Shown here: one piece after another, positions 24,392 to 36,521 of the stretch
Layout: each line of letters begins with the position of its first letter
How positions within the stretch are numbered: position 1 is the stretch's first letter
Assembly: GCA_040357565.1 (NCBI GenBank)
Contig: JBDODJ010000050.1
DNA: 64,000 nt
Origin: Cercozoa sp. M6MM
Taxonomy: Eukaryota; Protista; Endomyxa: Ascetosporea
Direction: 5' to 3' (one strand)
Notes under the pieces: generated by a model
Told to the model about the DNA's origin: nothing
Databases searched by the model: none
The model's input: the letters and a program-made list of their open reading frames with translations, nothing else
Made by a program: the position numbers and the translations under genes

Positions 24392-26586
24392 TTAGAGCGC
24401 GCGCGAGAAGGACTGAATGCCCGTGATGGCGCGGCCCAGAATGAGAGCGTGCACATCGGCCGTGCCCTGTGGTGTAGACACAGGATGCCAAGATGTGGGT
24501 CCACTATGGTACAGTGTGCACAGGCAGTGTACCTCATAGGTGTTGACAGTCTCGAGGTTGCTGGCATGACGAATCACGTGGAACTCGTCGACGATGCCGT
24601 TGCCGCCGAGCATGTCGCGAGCAGCGCGCGCAATCTCGAGCGCCTTGACGCAGTTGTTGCGCTTGAGCAGCGAGATGGCCGTCGGGTGCAGTGTGCCGGC
24701 GTCCTTCTGCCGCGCCGCTTGCAGACAGGCCTCCTTGCCCAGTGCAATCTCGCTCATCATGTTGGCCATCTTGAACTGCGGCAACTGGAAGGCCGCCAGC
24801 GGCGCGTCGAACTGCTGCCGCTCCAGCGTGTACTCACGCGCGCGCTCCAGACAGTCCTCGGCGGCGCCCAGCACGCCCCTGCGTTGTACACACAGAAACT
24901 TGATACAGAGGGTGAGAATAGGGGGTGCATACAGGGTACATACATGGTATATAGGAAATACAAGTAGGTGTATGGGCATATATAGGCAGTGCATATAGGC
25001 AGTATATATGGGCAGTATATTTAGGCAGTAGGTGCAAGGTACATACGAGAATGTAATAGGAATACAGGGATACAGCGGACAGCAAAGAGAGGTACCAAGC
25101 AATGCCGAAGCGAGCGTTGTTGAGACAGGAGAAGGGACCCTTGAGCGAGCGCACGTTGAGCATGTTGGCCACAGGGACGCGCACTTCGTCCATCGCGATC
25201 TGGCCGGTAATGGAAGCGCGCAGCGACATCTTGCCCTCGATTTTGGGCGTCTCCAGACCCGCCATGCCTCTGCAGGGACAGTTATCGTCCTACCCCCTCT
25301 ACCCCTCCAACAGTTGTGTACCGCTCAAGCACAAAGCCGCAGATCGCGTCGTCCTGATCGTCGGCCTTGGCCCACACGACAAAGACGTCGGCGATCGGTG
25401 CGTTCGTGATCCACGTCTTGGTGCTGCGCAGCAAGGTCTCTTGCTTCTTTACCCCCCCTCTTTACCCCATAACCCTGCCTACCCGGAGAGGACGTAGTGG
25501 TCACCATCGCGCACGGCGCGCGTCTTCATCGATGACGGGTCGCTGCCTGCGCACAGGTAGGTTCATAGGGATAGGTACAGATAGACAGGTACAGATGGAC
25601 AGGTACAGATAGACAGGTACAGATAGACAGGTACAGATGGACAAACAGGCAGGTACAAAGGTACCAGCATCAGGCTCGGTGAGGCCAAAGCAGCCGATGA
25701 GTTCGGCCGTGGCGAGACGCGGCAGCAGGCTGTCCTTGAGCTTCTCACTGCCAAAGGCGTGGATCGGGTGCATCACCAGCGACGACTGCACCGACATGGC
25801 CGAGCGGTAGCCACCTAGATAACACACACAGGCATACACCAACGCTCCTTGTGTATACACAGAACACAAACTGTACTGTCAACACGCTCGATCTCCTTGG
25901 CCACCAGGCCGTAGGCAACCGACGAAGCATTGGCACAGCCGTACTTTTCCGGCAGCGTGCAGCCCTATCAAAAGCAATCCCCAAAAACTGAAACACTTAT
26001 CTTTGCACTCACTAAACTGGACATACCAGAAGTCCAATCTCGCCCATTTCCTTCATGATCTGTTCGCAGACAATTCATGTACAAAGCACAAAACGTGGAT
26101 GCCCAGTGTCTCAACAGCTCACCTCAACATGGAAGTGTTCCTTGCGAGTCGCTTCGATCACACGCGGCAGCAAAGAACTGCGTTTTTTTTTTCAATTTCC
26201 AAAAATCAAAGCAAAGCAGCCTGTATCAAAAAGCAAGCAATGAAACGCACCTCTGAGCGTAGTCTGCAGCTGCATCACGGATAAGACTCTCCTCTGAAGA
26301 CAGCCGAGACTCGATATCGAAAGGGTCGCGCCAGTCAAAAGGCTGCATATCACAAACACAATGAAAATGCCACATTCTTCCAATGACGAGAAACTCCAAA
26401 ACAACAAAAAAGTGCAGATATTCAATATGCTCTCTCGTTAGCATTCACGGTAAAGCACATGCAGCACAGGTAGGTGGCTCAAAACAAAGGTAAGTTAGAC
26501 GGACACGATGTGCAACGTACCGCCAGCGCAAAGGCACGCGACTGCAGAGTGCGGCACGCCGACTTGCTCGCTCGCTTGACAAACAT
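24392..26586 (-). CDS. GCDH: Glutaryl-CoA dehydrogenase, mitochondrial, multi-exon
   Basis: FDWRDPF, IERVDS|[28 protein letters not shown]|[47 protein letters not shown]|[16 protein letters not shown]. Confidence 0.96.
25575..25655. repeat. 14-bp tandem repeat ACAGGTACAGAT(A/G)G in a GCDH intron
   Basis: About five copies visible; the sense strand reads CTGTACCTGT units. Confidence 0.9.
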
Positions 26587-26849
26587 CTCCTCTTGTCTTC
26601 CAGCACGTGACTCTCAAACCAGACCAAGGTCCTAGCACTAGGTGGCACACGCTTGTACCGCTGCTATGAGGTTGGAATCGCGAGTCGAGCATTATAGGAG
26701 TGCCGAAAAAACTTTAATTTACGGGAGCAGATTTGGACGAAAGGACGCCTGGTCCGCCCGGACGGGCAACCGGAAAAAACAAAAGCGCATTCACACACTC
26801 TTTTGGTTTTTTGCCTTGTGTTACCTAGCCGAGAGGGCCCCGTATCACA

Positions 26850-27580
26850 ATGGTGCGCATGGGTAAGTCAGCCGCTCGTCTGTGCATTTTTCGCGTTCTT
26901 GCCGAATTTTGCTCGCGCTTGCTGTTTTCGTGTGCGCGCAAGCATGCGTGTGTAATGTGTAGGACGTAACTACCGCAACTGCTCCAAGACGTACAAGACG
27001 CCGCGTCGTCCGTTCGAGGAGGGCCGCCTGAAGGCTGAGCTCAAGCTCTGCGGTGAGTACGGCCTCAAGAACAAGCGCGAGATCTGGCGCGTCCAGCTCA
27101 CGCTCGCTAAGGTGCGTTTGGCTGAGTTTTTTGTGTGCTGGTGTTTCCGCAGGTCTGTTTTGTGTAATTTCATTGCTGGTGTTTCCGCAGGTCCGTAAGA
27201 CGGCCCGTCAGCTTCTGACGCTCGACGAGAAGGACGAGAAGCGTCAGTTCGAGGGCGCCGCCCTTCTGCGCCGTCTGACGCGCCTCGGCATCCTCGGTGA
27301 GGAGGAGCAGCGTCTTGACTTCATCCTCGGTCTCACGATCGAGAAGTTCCTCGACCGCCGCCTGCAGACGATCGTGTTCCGCAAGAACCTTGCCAACTCG
27401 ATCCACCACGCGCGCATCAAGGTCAAGCACGGCCACATCAAGGTCGGCAAGCGCGTCGTTGACGTGCCGTCCTTCATGGTCCGCACGGACTCGGAGGGCC
27501 TCATCACCAACGCCAAGCGCAAGGCGGGCCGCGTGAAGCGCCGCACGCTCAAGGCTGGCGGTGCCGCTGACGAGGAGTAA
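26850..27580 (+). CDS. RPS9: 40S ribosomal protein uS4; exons 26850-26862, 26963-27111, 27191-27580
   Basis: [70 protein letters not shown]; TAA stop. Confidence 0.98.
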
Positions 27581-28230
27581 GGTGCCTTGGTCTTTCGTTT
27601 ATGCTTGTTTACACTCTTGTACACTCTTGTCTTTGCCTGCGCAGCGAGTGACGCAGTAAACCACGTTCCACGCCAATCTTTAAACCAAAGAACTCTTAAA
27701 CCAACCCGATGGAAATCGCCAGTCCGACCATTGTTCGGAGCGTGCATGGGATGATCTGCGCTGTGGCAACACGCGCCTGATCGCTTGACCATGTTTTTCA
27801 CCTCACTTCTCACCCTTCCGCGGGTGTGCTGGTGATTCCTTAGTCAGTCAGTTCTCAAACCGCCAGTTCTCAACAAACCTCGGGACCAACATACACTGAA
27901 CATTCTACTATGCGAAACGCAAAATATACCGAAATCCTTGGTTCGTTGCTGTGGTTTTCGGCCATGCGGGGTTTGTTCAGTCGGTTGCCGAGTGCGAAAA
28001 GCCCTTACGTGATTGGTTCTGTGGCAGAGCCGAAAACGCTTTGTGCTCCTGAAAGTGAAGCACACGTTGCTTCTTCCAAAGTGTGCTCGAAAGAGAATGA
28101 GTTGCAGCTAAAAGGCGAGCTCCGCGCAATCACCTGCTGTATCCGTGAACGGGCTATTTTCAGCGACGGTCTCTTCTTTTTCTCGCACTGGAACTGAGTA
28201 AATACCTTTCTGCGCACAGACTGGTTCACG

Positions 28231-29453
28231 ATGGCCGCTTCAATCGAAAAGATATATGATGTGGCTCGTTTTGAAAGAGAGCAGCTGGACGAAGCACCTG
28301 ATCAGCGCGAACGAAGCAAAGAACTGGGTCGAGCTCAAGGTGTTCATACGCTATGGGTAGTGTACACTTCCTGGTGTTTCTGTGTATGGCCGATGGCTTC
28401 GAGCTTAAGCTTTGACAGGATCAAGAAAGCTCCCAGCCGGCAACGATGGCAGTGGTCGAAGAAGGCAAACTGAATGTCATACTGCGCATGCTAGTGCAAG
28501 TCTCTGCTGCACTGCGCACGGTACGCAGTCTACAGGCCGAAAAAGCCAGCGCAGCAAAGTTCCATGACGTTGCGGAAGAATCGCGCTCTGGGGTGAGTGA
28601 CTCAAGCTTGTTCCCAACTGCACATAGCGCAAGGGGCGAGTTGCGACGTTCCTACCGAGGCTACAGCTGCGGCTACCACATCGACGGCCAGCACGTGCAG
28701 CAGAGTGCCGAAGTAGCAGCGGCACGACGTGGCACGAGTGAGCGCGAGGTATACCTCACAGCCTCTCGAATGGAAGAGCACCTCTCGCACCTTCTGCGCA
28801 ACTGCATCGCACACATCGAGGCTTTGCAGTTGCTGGACAAACGCCTTCTGCTTGAGCACTGCCAAGCCGTTTTCAGTTTCTTTCTCGACCACGATGCGCG
28901 TCACTACACCAATAAAACTCGCAGCAAAACCGACGCCGACAGCAGCAAAAGCAGGACGGCTTTCAAACTGCAACGCATCTTTTTTACGATGGAACTCTTG
29001 GACACTTGTATGCGGCAAGTCGACGAATTAGACGAAGATGTGATGGTGCAGCACCTGCAAGACCTCGAGTTGCCTGCCACTACGTGCGAACTGCTGACGT
29101 GCTGGCATGCCTTGCTGCCTGACGTTGTGCTCTTGAACGGCTGCGCTGTCCTTGCTGCCTTCTTTCAAACCGAGCACTTTCTGTCCCATTCGGTATTGAC
29201 ATGTCTTGTCCTCTGCATTTGTTGTACAGCTTGTAAGCGCAGAATGACATGACAACTGCGGAATTCCGAAGCTACTGTGTCCAGATGCCAGAGCTGTTTC
29301 TGTCGCGCGTCGCTGCCAGTGCAAAATCCAAACGTCGTGTTCGCGGCCTGCTGCAAATGATTCGCAAGTGGCGTCGCTCTGTGTGAACTGAGTGACTCTC
29401 CCTCCCTCGCCTGCTGCGGGGTTACGTTAGTTAGGTTAGTCCGGACGAACTGA
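28231..29453 (+). CDS. Uncharacterised alpha-helical protein, multi-exon
   Basis: MAASIEKIYDVARFERE exon spliced to a long ORF (AVVEEGKLNVILRML...); 3' end approximate. Confidence 0.6.
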
Positions 29454-29600
29454 AAGGCAGACACGATGAGATCTAGACTAGCCATGCATTTAAGTTTTAG
29501 TTTTAGTTTTCGTATGTTAGTTTGGTCGTAGTATTGCAATCTATGGTGCAATCGATGCAATGCAAGGTCTGACATTGGCAACGCAGCGCAGTGCCGAGTT

Positions 29601-30040
29601 CTACTCAGGCACTTGGTTTTCGTCGGCGCCCTCCTCTTGCTCCTTTTGTTCCCGTGCTTCTCGGTCGCGCATCTTTTGCCGAATTCGGTCCATGCGGCGC
29701 ACCATCTGCGAGTTCGGAACGCCAACTTCCTCGACGTGCTTCTCCATGTACAAACCCGTGACGCTACTCAGTGGAGACACAGCACAACACATATTGCACA
29801 GTCAACCAACAAAACGACAACCACTACAGTAAGCAATTGCAGACAACTTACAACGTCCTGTACATCAGAAATGAGAGCAAACTGAAGCCGAGAATGACGA
29901 CGAATCTACGCTCTAAAAACCAAGAACATCATCTGACAGCAAGAATAAAAACCCAACGTACGTCCGGATGGGTTTCGCAACACATTCTGAAACCCGGTAG
30001 AGGGCTTGCCTGTCTCCCTGGACAAGACACAACATTGAAT
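29601..30040 (-). CDS. Small single-pass membrane protein, multi-exon
   Basis: Exons RRFVVILGFSLLSFLMYRT|VTGLYMEKHVEEVGVPNSQMVRRMDRIRQKMRDRE...-TAG; start uncertain. Confidence 0.5.
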
Positions 30041-30288
30041 TGTCGGTCAAGTCTCAGTGGACAAAAACTTAGCTTACATGGCTAGGTTGCCTTTTGCGGT
30101 GATAAACTGAAGCCAACTAAGTGCTTGAAGTGCAGTAGCGTTGCAAACGAGTGCTGCTGTGTAGTCCGATCAGTCGAATAATTCCGGTCCCATCAACATT
30201 CACTCCCAGTCAAGTCAGTTGACCAATGTGTCTCAAGTCCGGCAACCGGGGCAGCGGTTAAGAACGGATTCATTAAAGCTTGTATCAA

Positions 30289-32872
30289 CTACTTGCCGCG
30301 TGCAAAGAAAGACATTAGGTTGCCCTGGCGTGCCTTAGTCTTTTTGGTTTTTGGCTTTTTCGCGGGTGGCTGCTTGGCGCTGCTGCTGCTGTTGCTGTTG
30401 GAGTTCTCCTTGGCCTGTCGAGCACGCTTGCTGCCGACCTCGGCCTCGGCCTCGTCGTCAGTGACCTCGACTTCCTCCGTCACTGCGAAAGCAACACAGT
30501 TGAGGTGAAAGTTGAGTTGAGTTGAGGTGAAAGTTGAGGTGAAAGTTGAGGTGAATGTTGAGTTTTCCGCACCTTCAAAGCCGTCTTCATCAACGCGCTT
30601 GACCTGCACGATCTTGGTGCGTTTCTTCTGCGTGATCTTGGTGTTGCCGCCAAAGAAGGTGCTGCGACGCTGCTGCAGCACTCGCTGCTTGGCCGCCTCG
30701 CGCTCCTGCTTCTCGCGACGCCGCAGCTCGGCCTTGCTCAACTGCGACAACAACAACACCCACCAGTCAACGCAGCAAACAAAGCAAAAGCAAAGCAAAT
30801 GCCGAAGTAGACTCAAAGCATAGCCAAGCAAGCAAAGCCAAAAGGAAAGCAAAGCTGAAGTGAAGCAAAAACAAAGCCGAAGCAAAGCAAAAACAAAGCT
30901 AAAGCGAAGCAAAAACAAAGCTAAAGCGAAGCAAAAACAAAGCTAAAGCGAAGCACAAACAAAGCTTAAGCAAGCGAATTACTTGAGGTTCCTCGTCGAT
31001 TTCGTCGTCATCAATCACTGCGCTTTCGCTTTCGCCGTTCGCGGCGAATTCGTCCTCGTCGCTTTCGTCATCGTCGCTGATCATGCGTTTGCTCGACTGC
31101 GTTTTCTTCGCCTTCTTCGTTCGGACGCTCTTCTTCTTTGCTATTCTCTTTCGCACAGCAGGCGCTTCCTCCTGCTCCTCATCGAGGAAATCGTCATCGT
31201 TCAGCGCTGCCAGATCGTCCTCGACCGCGTCTTCGTCGCCCACATCGAACACCGAGTCTACCCACTTACACTCAACATCAAGCGAAACAGCGAAGTAAAG
31301 CAAAACAAGCCAAAGCAAAGCAAACTAAAGCAAAGCCAAAGCAAACTAAAGCAAAGCTGAAGCAACAAAGCTAAAGCAAAGCAAAGCAAAGGAAAGGAAA
31401 GCAAAGCAAAGCGAAAGCAAATCAAGCTAAAGCAAAAGCTAAAGCAAAAGCAAAGCAGAAGCGAAAGAAAGCTAAAGCTAAAGCAAAGCTAAAGCGAAAG
31501 CAAAGCTAACGCGAAAGCAAAAGCAAAGCAAAGCCGAAGCAAAAGCAAAGCGAAAGCCGAAGCAAAAGCGAAAGCGCACCGTCGCACAGCATGGGATCGG
31601 CAGCCAGGTCGTCGTTCGGCTCATCGTGCAGCGGCTCGTCGAAGCAGTCCTCGTTTTCGTCCTCGTCCTCCTCGTCGTCCATGTAGGCCAAAGCAGCGCG
31701 TGTCGCCTGCTCCTTCTGCTCCTGCTCCATGAGTTTCTTCTGCTTTGCTTTCGCAGCAATCTGCTTGGCACTCTGGCTTCGCTTCTTCCTGGTCGTCGCG
31801 GCCGCAGCTTTCTTGTTTTTCGCCGGCGCTGCTTTGAACATTTCGGCGACCGTGGCGGCTTTTTTCGTCTTTCGCTCTTTCTTGGGCGATTTGGACAGCG
31901 ACTTGGACAGCGATTTGGACAGTGTTTTGGACGGTGTTTTGGACAATGTCTGCTTGGACTGCGACTTGGACTGCGCAAGCGTGTGCGTGGCGTGCATCTC
32001 GTCCATGCGCATGAACTTGCCACTGCGCTGCCGCGGATTGCTGCGTCGCTCAGCATTCACAAGCGACGCCGCTCGCAGCGGCACGAAGCGCTCGGCGAAA
32101 CTCGCTTCGTCCGTCGCGATGGCACGCTGCTGCGCCGCCATGCTTTCTGCGAACTGCCGGCCGCGCTTGGCCTGCCAACCAACTCTCTTTCGTCGCAAGC
32201 ACGCCAAAAGCAAAGCGAAACTAATCAAAGCGAAACGAAGCAAAGCAAAGCGAAACGAAGCAAAACAAGAGTGAAGCAAAGCATGAGTGAAGCAAAGCAA
32301 GTGAAGTAAAGCAAAGCAAAAGTAAAGCAAAGCAAGAGTAAAGCAAAGCAAAAGCAAAGCAAAGCAAAAGCAAAGCAAAGCAAAGCAAAAGCAAAGCAAA
32401 AGCAAAGCCAAGCCAAGCATACACTGTTATCTTCGTCGTCCATCGAGTCGATCTCGAGTGCGCGCAGTGCCGTGCGCACGCGCTTCCAGGCACTCGTGCG
32501 CTCGGCGAGCTCGCTCTCGCGCAGCACGCTGATGCGCTTCTGGCCGCGATCGTCCTCGCCGCTCACCTGCAGCAGCTTCTGCCCAAAAAATGCATGTGTC
32601 TCATTCCCTGTCTCCCTGTCTCTGTCTCGACTACCACAACACCGTCGCCAACGGATTTCTCGGCCAGCAACGACAGCAAGTCACGCGCCTGCTTCAACTG
32701 AAGTCCCAGTTCGAGTGCCGTGGTCTTCACCAACACCGGCCCCTTCTGCTCACACCAGACACACATACATGTTTAACGAAAGTGACACATTCAAACGGCA
32801 CACCTGGAGCTTCTCGGCCAGCTTGGCGCCATGCTGTGTCCACAGTGCACTTGTTTCCACTGCCCCGCCCAT
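30289..32872 (-). CDS. POLD3: DNA polymerase delta subunit 3 (Cdc27/Pol32/p66), multi-exon
   Basis: N-terminal winged-helix pattern VLVKTTALELGLQLKQARDLL...LLQVSG; KIVQVKRVDEDGFE|VTEEVEV; C-terminal PIP box QGNLMSFF; charged low-complexity middle. Confidence 0.82.
30775..32418. repeat. (GCAAA)n-type degenerate satellites filling three POLD3 introns (~30775-30975, 31280-31575, 32205-32418)
   Basis: gcaaagcaaaagcaaag arrays; the sense strand reads (TTTGC)n. Confidence 0.95.
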
Positions 32873-33246
32873 GTCCCGTGTGCGGCCCGAAAACGTCGCA
32901 GATCAAGTGCACGCTGCTGTCGAAAGAAAGCGGGAGACTCTGCTCTGAACGACAAAGTGTTGGTGGACCACTGATTTTTGTTCTAACGCACACTTAATTA
33001 TTAACAAAGCACGCCCGCGCTCAACGGAAACCCAATTTATGTGGTTGTATGAAGTGCCGCACCATGTTATTTGTTTCTGGACCCATTTAAACTGACTAAA
33101 ACGCAAAGAGAGCTGGTCGAGACGAACTTCGGGCTTTTTGGCGGGTCGGCGTGGGTACCCAGCGAGTCCAGAACGAGCTAATAAAATAACGGTGCAAGTA
33201 ACTCACTTGAACGTCAAAGACGGCAGTAGACACACTGATACATACA

Positions 33247-34414
33247 ATGCACGGGCTAGTTTTCCTTTCGGTGTTGTTCTTCTGCCTGACTTGGATACGT
33301 GCGAGCTCGGCGTCGGGTACCAGTGATCCCGCTGGCGAAGCGAAACCAGCAGTGAAGCCTGCGGCTCCTCGGCGCAAACCACGGCAACTCATTTTGGCTC
33401 CTGCCCTTAAGATCAATCAAACACCGGTACCGAAACAGTTCTTCCTTTCCAACGCAACTGACTATTGGGCAGGGGACCGATTGATTCAAACTGAGACGTG
33501 TGCAGGGAACACCGCTGCAGAAGGTCGAAGCAGGCACCGACCTTTCGCAGTTCAAAGAATTCGAGCCAACGTTGGCTCATTTTGACCTAGACAGCTACCA
33601 GGGCAAGCTGTACTTTGGCGGTGCCTTTGAGGTACTCAAATCGCACCTATCAGTTTAAATTTACAATAGTATTTTCTGTATCTTCATGCGCATGTCTGGC
33701 TAATACTGGATGCTGAATACTGCAGGCACTGCACATGCTGCAACAAAAACACACTCAGTTTAACAATGTGGCCGTTGTTGTGCTGACTAGTGTCACGACT
33801 AGCCAGGAAGCCGGCGATCTCGTCAGCTTGCGCAGTAAAATTTAAATATACTATCTAAACTTAGTTTCAACACTGTGCTATATAATTTATTTATATTTTT
33901 ATATACAGTCGTTAATCTGTGCGGTACTGTAGAACAAGGCGAGCACTCTCGCGACTTGTACGTCGAATGGCCCGAGTTCCGCGAGGCAGTCGATCAGTCG
34001 CGGGTGAGCAGTGTGGTGGCGCACATCAACGGCATGCTACAGCAGGGCGACGTCATTGTTGTCTGCCGAGAGGGACGCTCGCGTGCGCCCTTTGCTGTCA
34101 TGAGTTTCCTCCGAACGCACGTGTACGGCAGCAACGCCGCTGCTCGCATGAGTGGTACCCTCATAAATTACCTCAGGCTCGGTCTCAGCTTTTTTAGTTC
34201 CACTGAACTCGGTTGTGTCCCAGTTGATGAAATGAACCGACGCGCCAACCGGGCTGAGCTAGCCATCACACTCGCCTATGACTGGCTCTTCGACACCATG
34301 TTTGAAGAGGATCCAACAGTCATCGAAGATTTTGACTCATCTGCCGAAAGTAGTGCCACGCAAAACGGTTGCTCGCCGATCATGATCGGAATTGATCGAT
34401 CAGGTCAAGAATAA
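33247..34414 (+). CDS. Protein-tyrosine/dual-specificity phosphatase-fold protein with possible signal peptide, multi-exon
   Basis: CX5R loop VIVVCREGRSRAPFAVMSFL, upstream GKLYFGG and WPEF; hydrophobic N-terminus MHGLVFLSVLFFCLTW. Confidence 0.7.
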
Positions 34415-34650
34415 AATTGGCCTATCCAGTTTAACCTCCGTGGGGAGCATTAACTACAGTTCTAAATCCAATAAAGCGATTAAAAGCTCCGCTTAAGTTA
34501 GTTACAAGTCTGCCATGCTGAAACAAGTCTGCTCGCGATCAACGAGTCAATGGGAGCGAAGCATCCACACCACAGCCGTTCCTTCCATTCATCGCTGCAC
34601 ACTTTGTGTTTTCTTTCACTCTTGTTGCACTACCTTTACGACACTTCAAC

Positions 34651-35157
34651 ATGTCCAAGATCATCAACATCCTGCACGTCCGCGCCTCGCCGCGCGATGT
34701 GGTACCCGACCTCTCCTCTCCGTGTCGGCATGCGCGGTGGTGTGGCTGTTATTTGCACCCTCGGCACTCTGCGTGTTTGTCCAAAGGCGCACGGCTCGGT
34801 GTCGCGCAAGCTCGGCAACGCGTTCTTTGCCAAGCTGAGTGCGCAGGCCGCCGAGAACAACACCGAGATCAACACGGTCGTCCGTGACCGTACACGACAC
34901 TGTCCATCTTGTGTTCACTGAGAGTTGTGTTGTACCGTTGCAGTCGCCGAGGCCACACTGCCGCACCTCAGCCAGGAGTACGCCGAGAAGGGCTTGTAGC
35001 TTACCTCTCACCCTGTTGTATCGATATGAATCAATGCATTGGCACGATGATTCAGTGCTTTCGCGCCGGCCATTCCCAAGTCGGGCGAACTCTCGGCGGA
35101 ACTCCAGGCGGCCGACGTCGTCGTGATCGAGACGCCTGTGCACAACTTTGCCGCTCC
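34651..35157 (+). CDS. azoR: FMN-dependent NADH:quinone/azoreductase (AzoR, flavodoxin-2 fold); 3' part lost in the gap
   Basis: MSKIINILHVRASPR..|.GSVSRKLGNAF, VVRD|LAEATLPHL, ELQAADVVVIETPVHNFAA; three GT-AG introns. Confidence 0.85.
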
Positions 35158-35257
35158 NNNNNNNNNNNNNNNNNNNNNNNNNNNNNNNNNNNNNNNNNNN
35201 NNNNNNNNNNNNNNNNNNNNNNNNNNNNNNNNNNNNNNNNNNNNNNNNNNNNNNNNN
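35158..35257. other. Assembly gap (100 N) followed by (CA)n
   Basis: N run. Confidence 1.
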
Positions 35258-35314
<57 letters not shown>

Positions 35315-35376
35315 CACACACACATGCACACTAGCAGAAGAAACAAAAGATACTGCGACGCATCTTGAATGAGCGG

Positions 35377-36200
35377 TCAATGACACTGCTCGGCGCCAGC
35401 ACCGGCGGCGGCATCGGCACCGTGTAAGACAGCCGGCGCGCCTTCGTACGAAACCTCGACGTCGTCGGGCAGGTACTCCACGGCGGCTGGCGTGTGACTT
35501 GATTCACCCACCGTCATGGTCTCGAATTCAGGTTCTGACTCGCTGACAGGCCAAAACGTTGTGATGACTACACAGCAGAACACGGTTTCTTGAGTCGAAA
35601 GCAAGTGATGCGAAAAACACAACGCACCATCATCCAACATCAGGCGGACGCTTTCGCACAGATCCGCAAACATGGCTGTGCAAGTGGAAACCACAGTAAA
35701 ACACTGCAGCAACAACAAACTCGACCAAAACAGCAAACTCAAAAGCGAAAAAGAAAAACTCGCGACAAAACGCGACCGTGCCGTTCGACGCTCTGGCCGG
35801 TCTGGCAGGCTTCTGTGTACCTTTGTGATGCGCGTGGTGATTCTCTCAACGCGTTCTAACGTATGTGGTAAAAACAACAAGGAAAGCATCCGCAGATCCG
35901 CTTGACCTTGGGTCACTTCGCAACAGTGGAAACCGAGGCAAGGCCACAAAGTGACCCGATCGCGTCCGTAATAAAAACCGCCGACACCATCTGGGATGCA
36001 GGAGATACATCGCTCCAGTTTTATATATGTATTCAATGCAATAGAGCTAGTGGAGTCTCTAAGTACTCATGTTGTGCCATTTATTTTAGTACATTTCTGC
36101 CGAGTCTTTTTTGCCGAGTCTTGAGGTGTTTACTGTGGATCGAATTGAACTGACGGCACTAATCAAGCGAGCTACTGACGGCTTCTTAAGGCTGAACGTC
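35377..36200 (-). CDS. Uncharacterised membrane protein, multi-exon
   Basis: ORF 35377-36036 with hydrophobic segments and an acidic C-tail; 5' end uncertain. Confidence 0.45.
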
Positions 36201-36521
36201 TGGACACTTAGGGGGTAGGAAGGGGTTAAACAGACACAGGGGGAGTGTAAAGAGGTCAAAAGGTAGGGGGTAAAAGTGTGGGTCGAGTTCTCTGTTCGGT
36301 GGCCATTCGCTGGATCATCTCGTTCCACTGGCAGTTTGATTAATCAGAGACTGTTTTCCGTTCTGTTCCGTTCCGATCGAGTCTGACGGTCTGCAAACCG
36401 TAACGTATTTTCTTAAATCCACCAGCGGACAGTCAAAACAAACTTTGGTGTCAGTAAATTTATTCACTGTCGAGTTTTCTGGCACATCCTGTGGCCTAAT
36501 TTCTCGGCACTATCCCGGAAA

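Noticed and set aside
31506-32420. 304-aa ORF with an apparent long hydrophobic Cys/Phe/Leu N-terminus
   Set aside because: The hydrophobic ends are translated (TTTGC)n intron satellite; only the middle is a POLD3 exon.
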